Assembly (NCBI GenBank): GCA_026026165.1
Contig: JAPEUD010000002.1
Coordinates: 620,001-684,000, forward strand
From: Sarea resinae
Taxonomy: Eukaryota
DNA length: 64,000 bases
Direction of reading: 5' to 3'
A program made the position numbers and the translations under genes. Shown here one piece after another: positions 51,401 to 64,000 of the stretch. The notes beneath the pieces were generated by a model. The model searched no databases, was not told the DNA's origin, and worked only from the letters and a program-made list of their open reading frames with translations. Numbering within the stretch: the first letter of the stretch is position 1; each line of letters starts with the position of its first letter.

Positions 51401-52445
51401 CTGTCTTGTTGCTCGTGTCGGCAATATCCCCAAAGCTAGAAAAAAGGGCGTTGATATGAGAAACGGGAGTCAGAGGATTGAAGCCTGTAACCACAACCTG
51501 AGTTGGAGGGCCAGGGCCAATAGATGTCTCGGCATCATAAGGATAAGGCCTGACGAGATACGGAGCTATTCGAAGCCTTCTCTTTTGCTTGTTCGCGGCG
51601 CCCCTCGTGTAATTGGCGATAGCTAGTCGTGGGTCTTTTGGCGGCGCCTCATCTTCCTACATAGTGAATACTTTGTCAGCTCCAAACAATCATCGGACCC
51701 GCATGCCTGTGCGCCCCTCTAATACATTTGTCCTTTTACGTACCTGTTCGCCAAACTTTCTGTAGACTACCTTGGTCTTTCTTTTTTGTTTCGAGGTTAG
51801 GCTTGGGTCGAGTTCCGGATCATAGGTTGCGATTAAGCCCTTGCATTCTCTACCGGAGACTCGTGCCTGAAGCCGGGGCTCAGGCGGGGTATGAGCTGGG
51901 GTCATTGCTTCTGAGATCTCCGGCGCGATGCCAGCGATGGGCTGAACATATTGGGAGGATTCTCGAGCAAGATGATTGATGGGAGTGTTTTTAGAATGAG
52001 GGGGGCTCGCGACCTGACCTGGCGGAGAAGACTCTAGATTCGTCAATGGAGTCAAATTGTGAGGGTTTGATGTGCCTCCAATATTTGAAAATGTCTGCGG
52101 GTAATTATTGCCGCTGAAGACCGAGGAGATTGTGCTCGTATGGGAACTCGCAGACCCAACCCCATTCAACAGATCACCTTGGACGGATTCATTGTCGTCT
52201 TGCGCGGCTAAACTTTGGTCCACGATCGCGCCACTTCCGACACCAGTGACGCTGACACCGCGATGATCATTATCGCGCCTCGTGGGTGCCTCAACGACTT
52301 CTACGGGTACAGCGACACCAGGAGATGTATGTAGGTCGGCGGATATGGAGGTTGGTCGTTGTCTCTCGCGAGCCGCCTTTTTGTTCTTCTGCACCACAAC
52401 TGACGTCGGGAAGAAATGCGCCAGGCTAGCTGAGGCTCGTGACAT
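48402..52445 (-). CDS. SET1: Histone H3K4 methyltransferase Set1 (COMPASS)
   Basis: RRM region, N-SET ([10 protein letters not shown]), SET ([32 protein letters not shown]) and post-SET ([13 protein letters not shown]). Introns 51657-51743 and 48506-48592. Confidence 0.97.
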
Positions 52446-53501
52446 CGTAGGATATCGCCTCTTATATCGACCAGATCATTTCCGACGTGACATCTCACCA
52501 AACCATGATCATCCAAGTAATAAGACTTCTCATATGCGGCCAATGTGCTGTTGTTCGCCGTTCGCGGTGCCGTTGCCAAAACGCGAGCGGAGGGGGGGGA
52601 GGCTGTACCGCGGGCAACGCGAACAGCGCACGAAGATTCGAAAAGGTGTAAGCGGCCTCAAGTAGGGCGGATGAAAGGGCAAAAGAAGTGTCTGAAGCCA
52701 GACGTCACAGTGGAAGGAGGATCCGTTCGCTTTGAGGTCTGCGGCTGGGGTGGGATCGGTGAAGTAATCCAGGCCGTTCAGTCACAAGGTCTGAGACGGC
52801 GTTGGAATTCCATCGCTGGGGGCAGACTGCGTAGTCGGCGTAGTCTGGTGCAGTATGCAATTCTGGACTCTAACTCCAGTTTCATAAGGTACGGTATCCT
52901 GGAAAGTCTGCTGGGAGCCCGAGCTGGAGACGGAGATATTACAGCATACGAAGAGACGTGGAGACGCAGAAGTCGCTTAGGTTCCGTTTCCTGGTTTACG
53001 TAAGACGCTCGCCCCTTAGTAAGCGATGCAGCACAAAGGTTGCGTCGGGGCCAAGCGGGGCTCGCCGAACCTTTGTCGCCGGACAAAGGAGTTGCTATGG
53101 CAAAGGATTTGGCTTTCTTTGTCCATTACGTCTGGAGGAAACTCTAGATCCTGTCTGCAAGCTAGGAACGTTGACAGTTGCCAGCCAGTATGAGAAGGGT
53201 CAGACGTGGCTTGCAAATCGTCACCGAACCGCTCTCTTGTCGAGGAAGTGTTTATCTACCACACGTCCACACTCGATTACAATCAAAATCCCGTCAGCTC
53301 AATCGTGAATCGGTCAATTCTCATAATGTAGACACAGCTCATAGCTCATATGATGAGAAACCCCGAGTTGAAAAGCACAAAACATCACATGTCATTCCCT
53401 TGCTCGCCATGCCCATTTTCGCTAGTAACAATTCCAGTACCCCCAAATGCTGCAGATTTACCCCCTGAGCCACAAAAGATGGACAACATGCTGTAGTCAG
53501 C

Positions 53502-55867
<2,366 letters not shown>

Positions 55868-56206
55868 GGCTACCGAGCTTCGCGGGGCAAGAAGGCTGAA
55901 AGAAAGTGAGACTCAAGAAGACGAAATGATTGTGCTTCTGGCACGCAACAAGGCCGGCAATGGAGGCTCGAGAAGAAGATGCAAGGGTCGATAGGTGATG
56001 GAGCAGTGCTGGATGGGAAGAGAGGGTAGTAATGTAGTAGTAAGTAGTATTGTTGAAAACAGCTGTCGTGTTACGGGCAACGGTGGAGCTTTATAAACTG
56101 GAGACGGCGTAGATCGTAGTCCCAAGCCCAAGACCAAGACCAAGCACGGCCAAGGCCAGGGTCAGTGTCAGGGCCAGGCTACCTACGCACTAGGTACAGG
56201 ACCGAG

Positions 56207-56268
56207 AGCACACAAGCACACAAGCACACAAGCACACAAGCACACAAGCACACAGGCACACAAGACAC
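56207..56268. repeat. Tandem octamer (GCACACAA)n, about 7 copies, upstream of GFA1
   Basis: Visible directly; the last copies are degenerate. Confidence 0.9.
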
Positions 56269-58482
56269 AAATAATGGCCAGGACGCAACGACCACCCAAG
56301 ATGACAAGGGCCAGGGGTCTTTAGCGCTGTTTCTGCTCGTGCGGAACAAGACCAACGCGATCAAGCGAGTGAATCACCGGGCCATGTCGTGTCGTTGGAG
56401 AAACGTGGGCAGAAACCCTTAGAGCGGCCACATCTGCTTGCCCTTGTCAGAAGAGTACCTCACTCGGAAATGCAGTACCACCTTTGAAGGTACATCTCCG
56501 TACAAATCCCCAGGCAAGTCTACCTGAGATTCAGTCTCACTCGATGCGACTCACGTACTTACAGCCAAACTCAAAGGTTACGAAATACCTCGTACCTGCA
56601 TCATGGATTGCTTCTACACGTTTCCAAACCCAGAACCCCTTTCTCGTTTGTCCGTAGGTGGTCTCTGATGAGGCGCAGCAGCACCGACAGACTATCGAAA
56701 ATCCAAATTCACTACCGTTGTTATTACGACAAACAGAAGCAGAAGCAGAGTCATGCTACCTTATTCCAGCCTGCAATCAACTTTACGTGAACCGACAAAT
56801 GCTTTTGGGCTGAGATCCTTTGACGCGATGCGTGAACTTTGTTTCCAATCCCCCTATCGACGGACTGGCACATTCTATGTTATCAAACGCGCGCTGGCCA
56901 AGTCTCCTTTCTCAGCTGGCCAGTGACGATATTCGCCATCATCATGTTGTTGCCTGGAGAGATGATTGTTTTGCTTCGAAAAGTCTTATCAAACCAGCAA
57001 ACCGATCCACATGCCTGCTTGCTATTCATACTCCGTACTTTCCACCTGGCCATGCGCCAATGCCATGGATGACAAGACGATGATCCATCCAAGATCCGTC
57101 ATCTCCAATTGAGCCCTTCCACTTGAACTCCCATGGCCGATGGCATCATTCACATGTGATCAAAACACGAGCAAACTCTCCTTTTATCCATAGTAAATCA
57201 ATACGATCAAAGAACCACTTCACAAGGCTGTAACATATAGATTGGGTGTCATCACCATTATGACCCAATTCATCCTTCAGCCACCGTATCAGAGCACTAG
57301 GAGATACCCGTCCTTCAATATCAGTCAACCATCTCATGTATCTCATCGAAGAAGTACTTCGTACAATGGAAGTACCTGAGAACCAACGAATCGTTCGTGC
57401 CTTTCAGCTAGCTGTCTATCAATTGAGACCGACCTTTCGTATCCATGCACCCAGCAATAGTAGAAGGTAAATTTAGCTACCTCATACCTTAGCCAGGTGC
57501 CCTGCAAAAGCAATCGGCACGGCACGCAACGCATCCAGCACCAGTGCGCTATTGGGACTAAACGTCGGGATGCATACATATGCGCCGAGCCCATTAGAAC
57601 GATCTTGCCATCCCCAAAAAGCTTTCGGTCTTTTAGTCGTACTCTAAAAAAAGCACGCGTTCCTGGCTCCGCCCCGCCAGCCCTACCTTCTGGCGAGCGA
57701 GCGAAAGCGAAGCTTTGCCGGATTGGTGGGCTCTTAAAGCGGCGCATTGGCGTCCTCGGTGCTCCGTACTGCTCCGGAGTACTACGTAGCTGACCGGCCG
57801 CCAACCTGAAGACCATCACCAAATCCAGAGGTACCTACAGTTTCGTGACCGGCCGTACCTTGCGTTGCCTGGCTTGCTCATTCCTCGGTGATTAAATATA
57901 GTCAATTAGGCTGATAATTGCTTCAGGACCGAGAAAAGGGACGGACTGAAGGTACTCGTGTCAATAAATACTTGACAAATCGATATTTGACAGAATTATC
58001 CAGGTGAGAAGCAGAGGTCGAGACACGCAGGAGCTGGAGAAACTGGAGTCTTTAAACGTAACGCGCTCTGTGTGTTTTGCCAATGACTTTGGAGAGGAAC
58101 GTCATTGTTTTACGACCATGGATAGGTATGCCGCTCTTCGAGGATCTTAGTCTAACAAAATTCAGGTGGTATCCATGTCAAAGCGATGCTCATATGCGCG
58201 ATAGCCGTGTGCGATGTCTACAGCTCTGATAAGCATCACGCATTCGCAATCTGCCCTAAGCTCTCACAAGATTAACATAGAGACTGATGAATTCAGAATG
58301 TCAGGATGTGGATATTACGATGGGTCGAGCAAACATTTGGACATGCTGGAAGTCTACGTGCAAGAAAGACTCCTATTGAATTCTCGCTCGATGCTGCACA
58401 ACGATTCCGGAATGATATTACATGCATGAAGCCTGCAAAAGCATCGATTGCAGGTAACTACGACAATGGCACAAAAGGCTTC

Positions 58483-59653
58483 CTACTCCTCCATCTTCTC
58501 CTCGTCATCATCATCCTGATCCAATGCCTTCTTTGCGAATTTCTCGGCCTCCTCTCTTAGCTCCTTTGGCACTTCCTCGTGTCGTCCCTTTGTCGGCCCA
58601 TTCAGAGAGCTGATCCACGTCAGCTCAAGCTCAAACTCCTTGTCTTTGCTGTCCTCATGTGCTGCATAGATGATCCTCGCGGCTTGTTTGACGCCTTCTG
58701 CGAGCGTAATGCCCTCGCCAGCTAGGTCGAGCTTTTCAAGTTCGGCTTTGGCGGATTGACGGCCTTTGCCAGAGGCAGCACCGTAGTAGCCCTATTGCAA
58801 CATGGATTAGAGGAGAGAATATTCGTAGAGAGTGCATCCGCCATACCCAGTACAGCCCACTCGGCTCAATCATGTATAGGAAAGGACCACCATTCTTGGC
58901 TCCTTCCTGCCTGCCTCCAGCGCCAACCTTGGGTCCACTACCAACTTGCCCATCCACGCCTAGCTCGGCCTCTGAATCCCATCCACCCACAATTGCCGTG
59001 ACCCCAAAAGGCCGAACGCTCGAATAAAGGGTATATGCTTGAACGTAGGCGCCTAATCGATTCGCTAGAGCGGAAGTCTGTATTGGTGCCTTGTAGAACT
59101 TGCGCCAGCTGGCAGCTTCGTCGCGGGCACGGGAGACGAAATGACGGCCATCGGGGACCAGACCAGAGCAGACCTGCAATGATGATTATGGATGTTAGTA
59201 GTCTTCGGCGGCGTGATTGTGCCCTGACGGAGGTAGAAAGTATAGCATGAAGCATACCACGCCTATATTCCGGTCCACTGTTGCAATGCGCTTGTTTGCT
59301 CCGGGTTTAAGCAATTTGCTGCTGATGATCTTCTCGACCGCCAGCACCACGCCATCTTTGCATCTGATGCCTACCGCTGTGCCTCCGTTCTCAACAGCCT
59401 TGACAGCATATTCAACCTAACGTAGATAGCATTAGTGTCGAGATTGACGAGACTGCTGTACGATCAAAAAGCTTACTTGGAAGTTCCTGCCATCGGGGGA
59501 GAAGACCGAGTTCGACAGATCATATCCCGTGCCTATCGAAGTCTGTCATAGAGCAACTGGTAAGCTAAGATGATCAGGTCGGGAGCTCCAAAGGAGCTCG
59601 GACATCATGAAAGTCTCACAGAGAGAGATCTCGAAATTGAGGGTACTCACCAT
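58483..59653 (-). CDS. PRE10: 20S proteasome subunit alpha7
   Basis: [80 protein letters not shown]. Introns 59543-59650, 59417-59476, 59174-59257, 58792-58846. Confidence 0.97.
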
Positions 59654-61303
59654 GATCGGCTACACCTCGGCGGAGTGTGAGAGGGAATGAATGTAATCTA
59701 TGGAGTCGATGAAATAGAGATGGCAGCAGGAACGACACGGTAGGGTAGGTAGCTGTGGATTTGAATGGACAGGTAAGTTGCCTTGAGGATGCGATGATGA
59801 TTCTAGGCTCACCAACAGCTACGCGTACGGTCGACGGTAGCTTGGCTTGCCGTACATCTCAGGTACGGGAGACCTTGACTTAGCAGCCCTGCTTTTCCAG
59901 GTCTGCTTCCCCATCTAGTTACCCGGAGCCAGCTCGATCTCAAGCGATAAGATTACGGGGCTGCAGTGTCATAGACAATCTCCACTACTCTCTCAACCCG
60001 TGGACTTGCTGATGCCTCGGAGAAAAAGGAAAAGACGCAGAAACTTGGAACATGGATATGTGCTCTGCCCGATAATGATTTCTACCTTACACTATTACCA
60101 CACAGATTGTGTACGGTGTATGGGTACAGTCACAGAAGAGGTCTCGACCACCTACAATCATGCCGTCATGTACCGCAGTACAGATCCCCTAATCCAGGAG
60201 TGATTGACTGAGGTGTGCAATACTCCGGAGTACCTTACCTTCGTACTCTCTGAGGTAAAGCCAAGGTAAGGAGAAAGAGGATACCATGCCCAGTACTGCG
60301 CAGTACGCAGTAGGTAGGTGATTCAGACAAGATCGTCATCTCGTCATCTCGTCATCTCCGCCTCTCATCTTCTCCCTATCCATCCACACTCACACATATC
60401 CATCCATTCATACCTACCTACCTTACCTGTCTTCCCTCAAACCACCGAGGAGAAGGATTGGAACCCGTGAAAGGAGTCCGCTGCTGCCCGACTGCCCAAG
60501 CGTGTGACTGTAACTCAATAGTGCAAGGTGTCTAGGCTCTATTGGCCTCCGCTGATCAAGCGCGACGCGGCTAGGCACCCGATGCTCCCACTCCCCATTT
60601 CCCCCATGGGTCATCCGACTAGGCTCTAACGCTCATGGACTCATAGACACGGACTTTGTGACTTGCTTTCTGCGGGGCTCTCATCTATGATCGAATATCA
60701 TTAGAGCACTCTTAGCTTTCCCACTTTCCACCTTTGACATCTTCGTTGCTCTTCTCTGGAGGCTTTCTTCTCCCCTTCAAAGCTTCCTCCTTCATCAATC
60801 TACCATCCACAGGGGCTTGACTCTTGAGTCCTTGACCGCCTCGTCTAAGCATTCCGCAGATCAACACATCACTCTCACCCTTGATACAATCTACCCCGCC
60901 GATACATCCAACGCAAAGAAAATCGTGATCCCAGATAACAAACCGTCTTAAACATTCTGCTATCCCACGGTCCGACTGCCTTTGCATGCGTCTGTATTTG
61001 ATTCGTCCTTTATCTGACTTTCGATTTTTCGCGCAAAACGTGTAGAGTCAAGAACATTAGCGTCAGAAATATATATCTACGAGTCGTGCATTATTCGCCA
61101 CAGAAAAGAAAAACAAAGACCCTCAGTCTTGTCGTTAGCTCTTTCCAATTATATTGCAACCATATTCAAGACTTGCTGTATGTTCAGCGTCTTTTATCGG
61201 ATTCTTTACCATCGCAGAAGCATCAACTGATCCCGAAGAATTAGAAATCTCCGTCTGATTATCCCGCAAATATATTAAGCAACCACACCACCAGATATCA
61301 AGC

Positions 61304-62245
61304 ATGGCAACAATGACACAGGAAGACCTCTCGACGCTCTTCTCCCGCAACCTTTCTTTCGCTCCATTCTCGCCGGCGCCCCCAGAAATTCCTCGCTCGC
61401 CTTCTCCCACTCCCGATCAACAGCCAATCCAGTACTCCATAACGCAGCACTATCATCACTCCTCCCACCAAGTCTCCCAGCCCACCTCTCAGTCTCAGTC
61501 CCTCCCTACACAGACACATTCAGATCCCCAAAACCAAACCAAAGACCTCCTGAAAGCCCACAACATCGAACCAGATTCCCTCTTTCCATCGCAGCTCTCA
61601 CTCTTCCACAACGCCTCGCAAGATCAACAACGCCGCCTCATAGAATTATGGCAGATCTCGCCTCCAAACTATGGCAACCATGCCTTAGCGGAAGATCTGG
61701 GAAGTTGGCCACCGACGAGCGTGCAGCAGGAGGAGGAGATGGCAAGATTGAGGTACGAGAGATCGACGAGGCAAGATGAAGGGCGAAAGTGGGGTTTCTC
61801 TGAGCTGCATCAACAACAAGAGTATCCTCAGCAGTACGAGCACGAACACCCATATAATCGTAATGGGAACAACTTCATGAACAGCGGTCCTGCCATCTCC
61901 GCCGCCTCCACCACAAGCACGCCAGCAGCCGAGCCGTACATGCTCACAGGCTATGAGATGCTCTCGCGTCGCGACTATGAAGATCAATCTCGCCATCTCC
62001 AACAGCAGAATATCTCACAATCCACGAATCCATCTAATGACCAGCATAATCACCAGTATAACCAGTCTATGGATCCAGTGTATCAATTCCAACAAGGTCA
62101 GGGCATGGATTTCGTGGGTCAGAACACGCAATCTGGTGCAGGCGGTGCGGAAAAGGGCGGGCTGTTTGGAGCGTGGAATGCAGTGACGCCTCCCGGGATG
62201 TGCGTGGGGATCCACGGGGGCATGATGGACGAAGAGATGGTTTGA
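61304..62245 (+). CDS. Conserved fungal hypothetical protein (Q/N-rich)
   Basis: 313-aa intronless ORF with protein-like blocks DLSTLFSRNLSF, YSITQHYHHSSH, SQLSLF..QQRRLIELWQISPP and AEPYMLTGYEML. Function not recognised. Confidence 0.75.
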   Translation: MATMTQEDLSTLFSRNLSFAPFSPAPPEIPRSPSPTPDQQPIQYSITQHYHHSSHQVSQPTSQSQSLPTQTHSDPQNQTKDLLKAHNIEPDSLFPSQLSLFHNASQDQQRRLIELWQISPPNYGNHALAEDLGSWPPTSVQQEEEMARLRYERSTRQDEGRKWGFSELHQQQEYPQQYEHEHPYNRNGNNFMNSGPAISAASTTSTPAAEPYMLTGYEMLSRRDYEDQSRHLQQQNISQSTNPSNDQHNHQYNQSMDPVYQFQQGQGMDFVGQNTQSGAGGAEKGGLFGAWNAVTPPGMCVGIHGGMMDEEMV

Positions 62246-64000
62246 TCTTCCACTTTTGTTGAAGGGAAGAACTCACTCGATAGCGATTAGTATCCTCAGT
62301 GCTGCCTTTTCCCAATTCTTTCTCTGACTCTTTCATATACATTCCGCTCATTCAATCTCCCTGCTCCCTTCTCGTAAGGGGCCAAGCGTGCAATTGCATA
62401 CCCTACCCTGCTCCGTCTTTTACCCATAGCATGTTCCACACCGCAAATTAGGTATTCCATACCATGGGGATGCCTTTCAGTCGCTACAGAGAAGTAGATG
62501 GACGTAGACACTGAACATAGCAAGTCTTCGAAGATCTACGTCCCTATCTCTCTAGCCAGACTTCGATCGCCGTCCCCTCTTACTCACTGTGCTCAATGAT
62601 TTCCCGTACGACACGTCATCATATCTAACTAGGTAGGCATTGCTCCAAGAACTACTACAGTGTCCGAGCTAATATATGCCAAACACGAATACCCATCTGC
62701 GCTTCCATCGATCCAGAAAATCGTGAAGATCGAAATCACTCGTTCCACCGCCTCAAAAGAATACTCAACCGATTTCTCTGGACGATACTACGAATCTGCA
62801 TTCTGCTTCTATCTTTCACATTGTGGGATATATCCTCGGGTCGAGTTGGAAGTGGTTCATGGATGGACCGCCATAAGCGTTACAGACTAGATTAATGAAT
62901 TCGTTGCTGCTGATTTAGGTTCCTGACATAGACACCGTCTAAACTGTGATGGTAACCCTCCGCGACAGAGATACTGATTCTGTTGTCCAAGCACGATAGA
63001 CCCTACATGTCGGCACAACAAGCTTTCCCATTCCCCAAACGGCAAAACCACAATATCAAATTCACCAAAAAAGCTCAGGTCCCCCCCGACGGAGGACCCT
63101 ACGAAAACCCACTTTGCGTTTGGGGGTTTTCATGGGGAGGACCGACTACGAATTGTCTTAAGCTCCCATTCTACACATAAGTACATGGGGAAAGGGTTCT
63201 CTTTCTCGACCCTTTATGTTCGACACGCTCCATAAGGGAATCTATGTTATGGGAAACCATAAATGCCCCCAGATTGTGCCACAACCCCACCTATTGGGAT
63301 GAGGAGATGTGAAGTAAATAGATATACCTACCTAGGTTACCTTGTTTGTATTACCCTTACCCTTGGGGGCTCTGGGCCACCATACACGTAGGTAAGCAAT
63401 CCTAGACTGCTAGGCATTCACCCGCGCGTCTCCACTCGTATACACACGCAATGGCACATGCTTCCTCTACGGCATCTAGTAACCCGACCATACCTTGACC
63501 ACTCGTATATGCACCCATGTACTCAACACTCACCCACGCAATGACCCAGCTCACGCCCGGGCTCGCACTTACACAAACACACCAACTACATGTACTCTCG
63601 CAGACACTACATTGATGGCACTACGATGGTATACAGCATACAGCCCACGGTCTTACACCAAGTCACGCGTTTCAAAGAATGAGAGGAAACTGAGTTGCGA
63701 CCCATCAAAAATAAAGAATATATTCAACCCCTGCGACACCAGGCGCTCAAGCCGTCCTCTCTCCCTCGGAAGGCTCCTCGCCTCTCCTGGCTACACGGCC
63801 CGTCGAACGGAACAAGTAGCGGGACAAAGACCTAAGAGATAGTGCTGGAGCGGCACAAGTACACAGCGACGAGGGAAAGTAAACAAGAAGAGAATGGAAA
63901 AAAAATGCCACCTAGACGCCGTAAATGGTTACAGCTCTAGGTCGAGCTAATAGCCACCACTACCCAATTGGGCCCCCACGACCATTGCTGGGGGCCTAAG

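Noticed and set aside
56600..58100. Short ORFs and splice-like signals upstream of GFA1
   Set aside because: I could not assemble a coherent gene, TE or ncRNA from them.

Overview
Gene-dense, intron-rich fungal nuclear DNA. Short GT..AG introns with CTRAC/CTRAT branch sites and the protein sequences point to a filamentous ascomycete (Pezizomycotina). About 22 protein-coding genes can be reconstructed, mostly essential housekeeping genes: CDC43 (5'-truncated), RRP9, PRE1, UTP13, a conserved hypothetical, SAD1, SPP2, MDM20/NAA25, a 2OG-Fe(II) dioxygenase-like gene, a PSH1-like RING E3, TRM112, PRE4, HCNGP/SAP30BP-like, PRE7, MDM31, PNO1, a SAM methyltransferase, ESC2/Rad60, SET1, GFA1, PRE10 and a final hypothetical. 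I recognised no tRNA, rRNA, CRISPR array or intact transposon. The most notable unexplained signals are: (i) a pseudoknot-capable non-coding element between ESC2 and SET1 (about 47.1-47.5 kb); (ii) a roughly 400-nt degenerate fold-back between TRM112 and PRE4; (iii) four 20S proteasome genes within 55 kb, each near GGAGCT/CGAGCT motifs; (iv) non-canonical or competing splice sites in two splicing-factor genes (SAD1, HCNGP); and (v) a recurrent intergenic palindrome, TACTCCGGAGTA. Gene names come from recognising the protein sequence by eye, not from database searches. Intron boundaries were read manually.
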